Source of the DNA: an uncultured Acidimicrobiales bacterium
GTDB lineage: Bacteria > Actinomycetota > Acidimicrobiia > Acidimicrobiales > Ilumatobacteraceae
Direction: 5' to 3'
DNA length: 64,000 nucleotides
Assembly: GCA_963829955.1 (NCBI GenBank)
Contig: CAWHKS010000004.1
Span: forward strand, 4,402 to 68,401
The notes under the pieces were generated by a model that was not told where the DNA came from, did no database searches, and saw only the letters and a program-made list of their open reading frames with translations. Below are positions 1 to 8,418 of this stretch, one piece after another; position 1 is the stretch's first letter; each line of letters begins with the position of its first letter. Both the position numbers and the translations under genes were made by a program.

Positions 1-121
1 CGGGCGGAGGAGGGGGCAGGTGCCCGTTGGTGCTGACCTCGACGGAGACAGGCATCCCGGCTAGGCGCTCAGCGACATCCCTCTGGAGGCGAGCGGGGGC
101 GTAGATGATGGTGTTGTCCAT
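1..121 (-). CDS. Partial CDS (5' end only, continues past window start); by position a CpaE/TadZ-like pilus-assembly ATPase
   Basis: ATG at 121-119 (minus) overlaps the cpaB stop as ATGA. My translation MDNTIIYAPARLQRDVAERLAGMPVSVEVSTNGH... stays open to base 1, which explains its absence from the ORF track. Function inferred only from gene order in tad operons. Confidence 0.4.
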   Translation of the reverse strand, partial: MDNTIIYAPARLQRDVAERLAGMPVSVEVSTNGHLPPPPP

Positions 122-874
122 CACGTCGCCACCGTGTAGATGCTGCCCAGCGTGATGATGCCGGTGCCATCGTCCTTGACCGTGGCCGGCTCGTTCGAGA
201 GCCACACGTGCCCGAACTCGGTCGGCGAACACGAAGCGCTCGGACTGCGCCGGGGTGAGGGCCAGCGTGACGATGTAGTTGCTCGACGACACCTGTGACT
301 GCCCGTCCTTCTGGTTCGAGACCGGATCGCCAGTGGTCTGGACGTTGGTGACCGGCACCTGGTGGAACTCCAGGTGCGTGGTGTTGGGGGTCTTGGCCGG
401 AGTGGTGGTGTCCGACTCGGGCTTGTTCGTGTCGAATGGCTCGAAGCTGAGGTACACGCCCACGGTGTCCCCGGCCTTGAGCGTGCCACCGACCGCACGT
501 TCAGCCGAGAACGTGGCCGAGATGGTCACCTTGTCTGCGTGGTCGCTCTGCACGGCGGCAGCCAGACGGGGCTTCACCAACTGGTCACCCGGTTGCAGAT
601 CGCTCACGGCTACCTGGTTCCCGATCTGCTCCTCGCTGGTGAGCGCCCCCGGCTGGAGGGCCTTCCGCTGCACGGTGCCCACATGGGTGGCAGCCTTGAC
701 GGTGGCAGCGTCGGCGCCCTTGGGCACCTGCTTATCGACGATGACGACGGCAGTCTGCGCTTCGGAGGCCTCCGCATCGGCCTTGGTGCTGTTCGCCCAA
801 GACACGAGGCCTACCGCGCCAACTCCCGCCAAAGCCACCGCAACGATGGCTCCAGTGACGCGACGTCGATTCAT
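121..874 (-). CDS. cpaB: Flp pilus assembly protein CpaB/RcpC (SAF-domain), frameshifted as sequenced
   Basis: My minus-strand translation from ATG 874: MNRRRVTGAIVAVALAGVGAVGLVSW (TM) ...VIVDKQVPKGA...VSDLQPGDQLV...TLALTPAQSERFVFA. The last ~35 aa (EFGHVWLSNEPATVKDDGTGIITLGSIYTVAT*) lie in the frame of track ORF 121..498, so there is a 1-nt indel near 212-222 (754 nt, not divisible by 3). Confidence 0.75.
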
Positions 875-914
875 GATGTTTGTGGGGTCCTTTCTGGCCT
901 GTTGGCCGTTGGTG

Positions 915-1854
915 TTAGTCGGTGAGGCGCACGAGGCAGGTCAAGAGCGGGTTCGAGCTAGCCGGGCCACATGTCAACCCAGGGACGATGACCGCACCCT
1001 GGGTTGTGAAGCCCTTGAACCAGCCTCGGATGCACGGCTTATTGACGTTCTCGTTGACACCGCCATCGGTGCTGGCGTCGCACTGCTTGTTCAACGTGCC
1101 GCCGGCGTTGTTGCCGTTGGTGCTCCAGCCGGTGATATGGAAGAGAGCGAAGGCCATGACGTGGTACTGACCGTGGGAGCCGTTGGCTGACTCGGTGTCC
1201 CACACCGGAAGCAACACGTCCTTGTCGAGGTACCCGTTCAGGTCACTGCACCCGGTGCCGCCGAGGTTGTTGCCGGTCGTACCTTGGATGTTGTCGCCGA
1301 CAAGGACCGTCTGCGAGGCGTGCATCCACTGTCGACGGAGCCGAAGTTGCCCGAGGGAGTGCTGCACCCTGGCACAGCGTAGGAGTGCAGCGTGATCTTC
1401 ACGTTCTGGGCCAGGCTGGCGAACGAGCAGGAGCCAACGGTGATAGGGAAGACGCCGGCATAGGAGCCAAGAGCACCCCACTTAGCGGTGGCGTCACCTT
1501 TCGTCGTGGGGTTGTTCGACGTGAAGACGAACGGCGCCGGCTTCTGCACCGTGGCTTTCACCTCAGACTTGCCATCGCAGAATGAGAAGATCGCATCAGC
1601 TTCCTCGGGCGCTACGAATGTCACGGTCTGCCCGCTCTTCAAAGTCGGGCAGGTTGTTGTTCATATCCAACCCGTTGGCACAGTTGAGCGCCACGGCAAG
1701 CGCTTGGGCATCAGCGCTGTTCTGTGCCCGTCCCTTGTGAGCGAACAAGCTGACCGATGTCGAGAGCGAAGGCTGCCATGAGCAGAAGAGCCGTCATCCC
1801 CACGGTTACAAGGACGAGGACAGAGCCCTCGTCGTCACGCTTCATCCGCCGCAT
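915..1854 (-). CDS. TadG-like (TadE/G family) pilus-associated secreted protein, multiply frameshifted as sequenced
   Basis: N-terminus MRRMKRDDEGSVLVLVTVGMTALLLMAAFALDIGQL (TadE/G-like anchor, in ORF 1711..1974). It continues as LFAHKGRAQNSADAQALAVALNCANG in a second frame, then ORFs 1238..1642 and 915..1481 (Cys/Gly/Asn-rich domain). At least 3 frame changes (about 1740, 1645, 1330). An internal ATG at 1845 forms ATGA with the tadE-frame stop. Confidence 0.6.
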
Positions 1855-2150
1855 CGGTAGCTCACTGACTCTTGAGGCGTCGCCGGGGTAAGGAATGAAA
1901 GGAACGACCCACGCATAGGTCTTGGTGACAGTTCTTTCCACGATGACTCCGTTGGTGATGTCGTCGGCGTACAAGCGAGAGCAGCGGCGCGAGCTTGGAC
2001 GCGAGCGTCGTCCGCAGCCTGCATGTGAGCGTTGATGAAGATGCCCACGGAGATGATGGCGAACACGAGTAGGCAGAGCAGGCTGCCCACGATGGCGAAC
2101 TCGACGGTGGCGAGACCGGAGTCGTTACGAGAGTGGGGTGAGCGGTTCAT
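1842..2150 (-). CDS. TadE-like pilus assembly protein (3' part uncertain, frameshift)
   Basis: MNRSPHSRNDSGLATVEFAIVGSLLCLLVFAIISVGIF has the TadE N-terminal motif (G-x-ATVEF plus a hydrophobic helix). The plausible continuation YADDITNGVIVERTVTKTYAWVVPFIPYPG is in another frame (ORF 1711..1974), so there is an indel near 1975. Confidence 0.65.
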   Translation of the reverse strand: MNRSPHSRNDSGLATVEFAIVGSLLCLLVFAIISVGIFINAHMQAADDARVQARAAALACTPTTSPTESSWKELSPRPMRGSFLSFLTPATPQESVSYRCGG

Positions 2151-2203
2151 GGTAGGGGCCGAACGGGGGGGAGGGCCGAAGCCCTCCCCCTCCCGATCAT
2201 GGG

Positions 2204-2389
2204 TCAGCCGACGTTGGCGATGAGGTCCTGGATCGCGCGTCTGGACGTCGCCGCCGAGGGTCGCGAAGACGAAGCCCTGCGCCAGCGGTCGACGACAGCG
2301 GCGGCGACGGCGTACTCCACCATCGTCAGGCCAGCGTCGGTGGTGTCGGCCTCGACGGCCGGGGTGAACTTCTCAACGAGGTTCAGCAT
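2204..2389 (-). CDS. flp: Flp family type IVb pilin (61 aa)
   Basis: ATG 2389 is preceded by AAGGAG 9 nt upstream. MLNLVEKFTPAVEADTTDAGLTMVEYAVAAAVV carries the Flp processing motif G/xxMVEY. The in-frame middle (DRWRRASSSRPSAATSRR) is implausibly polar, while an alternative frame reads LAQGFVFATLGGDVQTR. This suggests two compensating indels. Confidence 0.7.
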   Translation of the reverse strand: MLNLVEKFTPAVEADTTDAGLTMVEYAVAAAVVDRWRRASSSRPSAATSRRAIQDLIANVG

Positions 2390-2487
2390 TTGGAATGTGC
2401 TCCTTTGGTTATTCCCCGATCCCCGCCTATCGGGGTGGGTAGCGAGGAGCACGCTAAGGACGAGCCCGAGACGGCGAATCGTCAACA

Positions 2488-3087
2488 TTGATGATTCTCC
2501 CGGTGTGGACGCTCCGTACCGTGCCAGCCATGCCTCTCCCCGCGTTCGTGCGCAAGCACGCCCTCAACGCCATCACCGCCCTGCTCTTCGGCGTCGCCTT
2601 ATGGCGGCTCGGCCTCAGTCCGGAGCTCCCCGCCGTGCTCGCCTTCATCTTCGGCGGCGTGCTGCTGGCGGTGATCGACTGGAAGGTGCGGCGTCTGCCG
2701 ACCCGGCTCGTCTACTACACCCTCGCCGGCGTGGCTGCCGGGCTCACGTTCGCGTCGCTCGTCGAGTGGGACTGGAAGCCGCTCGCCACTGCGTTGCTTG
2801 GTGCGGCCCTCTTCTCTGGTGCGTATGGCCTGATCTGGTTCGTGTCGAAGAAGATGCTCGGCCTGATGGTGCTCGGCTTCGGCGACGTTCGTTTGGCGAT
2901 GGTGCTGGGCGCGCTGCTCGGCTGGTACGGCCTCGAGTACGTGTTCTACGGCGCGCTCCTCGGACAGCTCCTCGCGGTGATCGTGGGGATTGGCTTGTGC
3001 ATCAGGGAGCGCAAGCTCCGCCTGCAGTTCGCCTTCGGCCCTCCGCTGTTGATCGGCACGCTGGCCGTCGTCTTGCTGCACGGCTGA
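2488..3087 (+). CDS. A24-family prepilin peptidase (CpaA/TadV-like)
   Basis: Polytopic membrane ORF with VLGFGDVRLAMVLGALLGW (the GxGDxKL-type aspartyl peptidase motif) and DWK in an earlier loop. Divergent from flp. True start may be ATG 2530 (MPLPAFV...). Confidence 0.8.
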   Translation: MMILPVWTLRTVPAMPLPAFVRKHALNAITALLFGVALWRLGLSPELPAVLAFIFGGVLLAVIDWKVRRLPTRLVYYTLAGVAAGLTFASLVEWDWKPLATALLGAALFSGAYGLIWFVSKKMLGLMVLGFGDVRLAMVLGALLGWYGLEYVFYGALLGQLLAVIVGIGLCIRERKLRLQFAFGPPLLIGTLAVVLLHG

Positions 3088-3096
3088 CCGGTTGCT

Positions 3097-4342
3097 GTGA
3101 TGAAGCGTCTCATGCTCCTCGTGGCGGCCGCAGTGGCTGTCTTCGCTTCACCCGCGGCCGCGGCTGACGCGCCGCTGGCTACGCCGGCCGACTTCGAGGT
3201 CATGCTCGTCGTCGACACATCCGGGTCGATGGCCGGCACGCCGATCGACGTTGCCCGGAATGCGGCCGTGTCCTTCGTGACGCAGATGCCCTCGGACGTA
3301 CGAATCGGAGCGGAGTCGTTCGGACGGGAGATCAAGGTGTGGTCCGCGCCGACGCTCGATCATATGGCTGTCGCTCAGCAGCTCGGAGCCCTGACGACCG
3401 GAGGCGACACTCCGCTCCACGACGCCGTCATCACGGCCGCCCGGTCGTTCACACCAGCCGCGCGGTACAAGGCGATCGTGCTGCTCTCTGACGGCGGGGA
3501 CAAGAACAGCTTCGCCAGCCTGGACGAGGCGGTGGCCGCGGTGTCAGGCATCCACGTCGAAGCAGTCTCACTGACCACCCCCAAGACCGACTTGGGCGCC
3601 CTCACCCGCCTCGGCACGGTCACCCCGGCGGAGGATCCCGCCGCCCTGCCCGCCGTACTCGGGAGGCTGGCCGCGCTGTTGATCCCCGCCACAGTCGAGG
3701 CGGCTCCTGCGCCGACCACGGTCGCGCCAACGACCGTCCCACCCACGACCGTCGCCCCGACGACCGTCCGCGCCCACGACCGTCCCACCCACGACTGTTG
3801 CACCGACGACGGCCGCGCCGGCGCCGACCAGCGTCGTCGCCGCGTCGCCCGCCCCGCGTCACAGGTCCCAGACCGGAATGAGGATCGGTGCCGGATTGGT
3901 CGTCGTCGCGCTGCTCCTCGCCGGAATCGTCGCCTTGGTCGCTCGGGCCATCGTCGCCGTGCGGAGGCGTGATCGCCGCACCGCCTTCGCAGCCTCACTA
4001 CCCCAGGCCCTCCAGCTCCTCACGAGCTCGCTTCGCAGCGGCCACGGCATACCCCAGGCGCTCGACGCGGTGGCCGTGGGCGCCGACGAGCCGGCACGGG
4101 GCGAGTTCCAGCGCGTGATCATCAAGACCCGTCTCGGCCGCGACCTCACGGAAGCGATCCGCCAGCTGGCCGAGCGGATGCAGAGCAGCGAGCTCGAATG
4201 GGTCGCCCACGCGATCGACATCCATCAGGAGACCGGCGGCAACCTGGCCGACATCCTGGACCGGCACGGGCGCGAGCACACGCCGCTCGCCGACGCCTCC
4301 TTGCCTCGCGAGGATGCACGTGGCGCGATGATTGAGCGGTAG
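3097..4342 (+). CDS. Signal peptide-VWA domain-PT-rich linker-TM-T2SSF (TadB/TadC-like) fusion protein, frameshifted; degenerate continuation likely to about 4510
   Basis: MMKRLMLLVAAAVAVFASPAAAADAP (signal peptide). VVDTSGSMAG...TGGDTPLHDAV...LLSDGGDKN (VWA MIDAS motifs). (P/A)PTTV repeats follow. Removing 1 nt at 3769-3772 joins this ORF in frame to ORF 3878..4342: MRIGAGLVVVALLLAGIVALV (TM), then LPQALQLLTSSLRSGHGIPQALDAV...LGRDLTEAIRQLAERM...ETGGNLADILD (T2SSF/GspF-type domain). After 4265 only frame-scrambled remnants are visible (SNPGY..PFY). Confidence 0.65.
3712..3817 (+). repeat. Seven tandem copies of a 15-bp unit encoding P-T-T-V-(A/P); unit 4 is 16 nt
   Basis: Units read directly: ccgaccacggtcgcg / ccaacgaccgtccca / cccacgaccgtcgcc / ccgacgaccgtc+cgcg / cccacgaccgtccca / cccacgactgttgca / ccgacgacggccgcg. 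The extra base at 3769-3772 is the frameshift in the VWA-T2SSF gene. Confidence 0.9.
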
Positions 4343-4511
4343 AGGGCCCAGCCAGAACGACCCGGTGCGTGGATGTGCTTGCTCACGTCGGTCTGTTCCG
4401 CGGGGCAGGCTGGCGCTCGAATCCCGGGTATCGATGCCGACCGTTCTACCGCCGGTGTGCTCGCTGTGGAGGTACCCCAGGCCGCGCCGGGTCCACCAGT
4501 AGGGTTAGCGG

Positions 4512-6172
4512 GTGGTCGATGACAGGTCGGCGACTCTGTTCGACGAGGACGGCGGGCCCACGCCCCCATTGCAGGCCAACGTCGGCGGGCGGCGTTTGCT
4601 CGGCCGGCTCGCGGTCGTTACGGCCGTGTTGCCGTGGGTGGTCGCCGTCGGTCGGGCGCTGACCGGCGGGTGGACGGCGTCGGCCGACAACGCCCTGCTC
4701 GCCATCCGGGGTCTTGACGTGCTGTCGGTGAGCCACCACCCACTGCTCGGCGCGGTGTCAACGGTGTCGAGTTCGACCGGCATCATCGTCCATCACCCTG
4801 GCCCGCTGCTGTTTGGCATCATCGCCGTGCCCTCCTGGCTGCTGGGCACCGCCGCTGGCATCCCGCTCGCCATCGGGACGGTCAACGCGCTTTGTGCTGG
4901 CTGGATCGTGCTCGTTGCCGGGCGGGTCGGCGGGCTGTCGGCCCGGCTGGTGAGTGCCATGGCTGTCGCGCTGCTGGGCTGGACCATGACGTGGCCACGC
5001 ATGGTCGAGCCGTGGAACCCGCATTCGGCGATGGTGCCGGCGCTCTTGTTCTTCGTGGCGTGTGGGGCCCTGACGCTGGGCGAGCCGCGGGTGGCGCTGC
5101 CGGCCGTCGTCGGTGGATCGTTGTGCCTGCAGGCCCACATCGGCTACGTCTACATCGTAGCCCTGGTCGCGATGGTCACGCTCGGCCTGCGGTGGCTGGA
5201 CCGCCGTATGGACCCGGGTGCGGCGCCCCGGTGGACCGTACGGAATCGGGTGACGCCCCTTGTCGTGCTCGTGTTGCTGTGGATGCAGCCGATCCTGGAC
5301 CTCGTCGTCAACGGTCGCGCCAGCAACGTGGCCTCGATGCTGCGGGTCGCCGGATCCCCACCACCGACGCTACCAAGAGGTGACGCCATCCGGCTCGTGG
5401 CCGCCGTTATCGCGCTGCCGCCGTGGTGGCTGCCAGGCGGCTTCAACGACCTCACCGTGCTCAACCCGCCGCCCGGGATGGCGGCCGCGGCGCCGGCGCT
5501 CGTCGTGGTCGTGGCGCTGCTGGCGCTGATCGGGTGGCGCGGCGCGACCCCGGCCCGTCCGCGCCTTCGGGCGGTTCGCCGCCGTGCTCGTGCCGGCCGC
5601 CGTCGTCGCCATGGCACGCGTGCCGGTGCACCCTGTGTTCCTTTTCAGCCCGAGCCACTGGCGATGGCTGTGGGTGCTTGGGGTGTTCGTGGCGTTCGTC
5701 GTTGGCTGGGCGCTCGTCAGCGCGCTCGCGCCCCGACTGCGGCGCGACGCGACCATGCCTGTCGTTACCGCTGCGCTCGCGTGCGTCGTCGTGCTGGCGC
5801 TCAGCGTGGTCAGCCCCGACCGCCTCGCGCTTGTCGAGCACGGTCCCGATGACCAGCGCGAGGCCATCCGGAGTTTCGTGGACGACCTGCCCTTCAACGA
5901 ACTGTCGAGGTGCCGCAGGGTCCTCGTCGACTACGAAGGCGGCTTCGGCGCTGCCGGCGCTGATCGCCCCGGCGGTGATGCTCGCCCTGCGCGAACGGGA
6001 CATCAACTTTGCGCCGACCGCCGACGACGCCATCGCGCAGCTCGACCGTCGGCCGCAAGGCGACGAGGACTGCCAGATGCTGGTCGCCGAGACTCCGGGC
6101 ACGGGCCGCCCGGCCGGCTCGCTTGAGGGACCGCTCCCCGTCGTCGTGACCCTAGCCGGTCCCGGCCAGTAG
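4512..6172 (+). CDS. Large polytopic membrane protein of unknown function (GT-C-like glycosyltransferase is only a guess), two frameshifts as sequenced
   Basis: ORF 4512..5852 is hydrophobic and helix-rich up to ...ALLALIGWRGA. It continues in the frame of ORF 5584..6126 (FGRFAAVLVPAAVVAMARVPVHPVFLFSPSHWRWLWVLGVFVAFVVGWALV...), then in the frame ending at 6172 (...LIAPAVMLALRERDINFAPTADDAIAQL...). Frame changes near 5550 and 5950. Confidence 0.6.
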
Positions 6173-6246
6173 CCGATCGGCCGCATCGCCGAGCCCCATG
6201 CGCTAGCGGGCGCATCAGACGCGAAGTGTCCGAGGGCGCGGTGTGG

Positions 6247-6784
6247 TTACTGCCACCCCGTCTTGGCGGACCACCGCCGTTGGAACTCGCTCACCGTCAA
6301 CTCGTCGCGCAGCGCCGATGAGTACCGCGCCACCATGGATGGGCCGGACCATCCCGCTGCCGCCTGCACCGAGGTCTGGCTGACACCGGCTCGCCGGCTG
6401 TCCACACACCAGCCCCGCCGGAACGCATGGGCGCTGGGAGCGCCCCGCCGTTCGAGCACCTGCCGGATGCCCTGGTCGGCCAGCGGGCCTCGCGCACCGA
6501 GCCACAGGGCAGGGCTGGCGGCGTGCCGGTGAACACCAGCCCGCCTTCATCAGGCCCTCGCTGTGCATCCACCGGTAGAACGCTCGGCAGGAGCGGGACC
6601 GCTGGCGCCAGATGGCTGGTGTCGTGCCATCGGCCACGAACCCCAGCACGTCCGCCAGCCCGGCCTCATCCAAGCGGCACCCGCTGCTGCCAACTGAACC
6701 AGGTACCGCTGGTGGTCCCGCTGGGTATCCATCGAGCAGCCCTGGAGCCTCCCACCAGGCCCGCCATTCCGTCAGTGTCCTCAT
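6247..6784 (-). pseudogene. Tyrosine recombinase (phage-integrase family) remnant, internally deleted and frameshifted
   Basis: N-terminal SAM-like part ...DEAGLADVLGFVADGTTPAIWRQRSRSCRAFYRWMHSEGLM (ORF 6215..6832). C-terminal catalytic end ...GAPSAHAFRRGWCVDSRRAGVSQTSVQAAAGWSGPSMVARYSS (HxxR...Y, ORF 6247..6459). Only about 180 codons in total, the box I region is absent, and pieces lie in 3 frames. Confidence 0.6.
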
Positions 6785-6880
6785 CGTGCGTAAACCTCTG
6801 CTTAGAGGCAAGCAGACGCTCCCCACGACCACGACCGGTCTCCGCCGTCCCAGCGAAACCCCTCTGACTTGGGCTTTCAG

Positions 6881-6954
6881 TGGAGACGATGGGACTCGAA
6901 CCCACGACTTCCTGCTTGCAAAGCAGGTGCTCTAGCCAACTGAGCTACGTCCCC
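6881..6954 (-). tRNA. tRNA-Ala (anticodon TGC)
   Basis: The reverse complement GGGGACGTAGCTCAGTTGGCTAGAGCACCTGCTTTGCAAGCAGGAAGTCGTGGGTTCGAGTCCCATCGTCTCCA folds as a cloverleaf with a 7-bp acceptor stem, the G3:U70 Ala identity pair, anticodon loop CTTTGCAAG and a GTTCGAGTC T-loop. CCA is not encoded. Confidence 0.95.
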
Positions 6955-6974
6955 GAGCGACGTCAGCCTACCGA

Positions 6975-8411
6975 GTGACCCGGCCGAGCCAAGGGGCGAG
7001 CATTGCGCCTAGGGTCAGCGCAATGAGGGCAGGGGGCGGGCAGTTCGTCAGCGTCGACGGCGCGGGGGACATCCAACGGACGATCCCGGGCGTCGACGAG
7101 CGGGCCGCGCTCGGGAAGATGCTGCGCCAGCAGGTCCCCCGCCGCCTGCACGGTCGGTGGGAGCCGGCGGCCGACAGGCCCGATCCCCTCGACGTCGTCC
7201 GGGCGCGCAACCGGGGGCGACAGCGGAGGCTGATACCGATCCGGCTCGGTCGGATGGTCGCCTCACCGTTCACCTTCTACCGCGGGTCGGCCGACCTCAT
7301 GGCGATCGACCTCTGGCCGACGCCTGCCACCGGCATGGTGGTGCAACTCTGCGGTGACGCCCACCTGTCGAACTTCGGCGTGTACGCGTCGCCCGAGCGC
7401 CATCTGGCCCTGGACATCAACGATTTCGACGAGACCAGCCGCGGCCGCTGGGAATGGGACGTGAAGCGGCTCGTGGCCAGCGTCGAGCTCTGTGGGCGGG
7501 ACAACGGTCTTTCGACCGAGACGCGGGCGGATGCCGTGGTCACCGGCTCCCGGGCCTACCGCATGCAGATGGCGCGGATGTCATCGATCCCCCGCCTGGA
7601 CGCGCACTACCTGACGTTCGGCGAGGGCACCACGCTGCCCAAGCACTGGTGTCCCGAGTCGCTCGCGCTCATCGCCCGGATGCGGGACAGGGCCCACGCC
7701 CGCACGAACGGCCAGCTCGGTGAGCGGCTCACCGATGAGGCCGGGACGAACTTCCGGTTCAACCCGCCGCTCCTGACCAAACCGGCCCAGCCCGTGCGGG
7801 ATGCCGTGGTCGCGTCGCTCGGGCCGTACTTGAAGACGGTCTCGCCCGACATCCACGAGCTGCTGAAGGACTACGGCGTCGTCGATGTGGCGCACAAGGT
7901 GGTCGGGGTGGGCAGCGTCGGGACGCGGGACTACATCGTGCTGCTGCAAGGCAACTACGTCGGGGACCGGCTGCTCCTGCAGGTGAAGGAGGCACTGCCG
8001 TCGGTGGTGCTGGACCGCGGCCTGGTCCGTCACCGGCACCACGGCCAGCAGGTCGTCGACGGCCAGCGACGGATCCAGTCGGTCAGCGATCCATTCCTCG
8101 GGTGGACCACCGTCGGCTCCCGCCCCTTCTTCGTGCGCCAGCTGCGCGACATGAAGGACTCGGTCGATCCGAAGCGGCTCCGGGGCGCCGTGCTCCGCGA
8201 CTACGCGGAGACCTGCGGGGCCATCCTGGCCAAGGCGCACGCCCGCACCGGGTACCCGGCCGTCATCGCCAGCTACTGCGGGAGCAACGACAACTTCGAC
8301 CTCCAGTTGGCGGCCTTCGCCCGCGCCTACGCGGACCAGGTCGAGCGGGACCACGACGCGCTGGTCCGAGCGGTCAAGGCCGGAACCCTCCCCGCCGAGG
8401 CGGGCGTCTGA
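6975..8411 (+). CDS. DUF2252 domain-containing protein
   Basis: Intact 478-aa ORF. RLGRMVASPFTFYRGSADLMAIDL...QLCGDAHLSNFG...INDFDET...WEWDVKRL...FFVRQLRDMK...AILAKAHAR matches my memory of the DUF2252 family. The start may lie further downstream. Confidence 0.8.
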   Translation: MTRPSQGASIAPRVSAMRAGGGQFVSVDGAGDIQRTIPGVDERAALGKMLRQQVPRRLHGRWEPAADRPDPLDVVRARNRGRQRRLIPIRLGRMVASPFTFYRGSADLMAIDLWPTPATGMVVQLCGDAHLSNFGVYASPERHLALDINDFDETSRGRWEWDVKRLVASVELCGRDNGLSTETRADAVVTGSRAYRMQMARMSSIPRLDAHYLTFGEGTTLPKHWCPESLALIARMRDRAHARTNGQLGERLTDEAGTNFRFNPPLLTKPAQPVRDAVVASLGPYLKTVSPDIHELLKDYGVVDVAHKVVGVGSVGTRDYIVLLQGNYVGDRLLLQVKEALPSVVLDRGLVRHRHHGQQVVDGQRRIQSVSDPFLGWTTVGSRPFFVRQLRDMKDSVDPKRLRGAVLRDYAETCGAILAKAHARTGYPAVIASYCGSNDNFDLQLAAFARAYADQVERDHDALVRAVKAGTLPAEAGV

Positions 8412-8418
8412 CCGGTCG

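Noticed and set aside
279-1190. 303-aa plus-strand ORF at the window start
   Set aside because: It is antisense to cpaB and the TadG-like gene. The true cpaB N-terminal frame is missing from the track only because it has no stop before the window edge.
3712-3817. Tandem repeat considered as a CRISPR-like or minisatellite element
   Set aside because: The units are contiguous (no spacers), are 15 bp long, and encode an in-frame PTTV(A/P) linker inside a gene. This is a coding repeat, not a CRISPR array.
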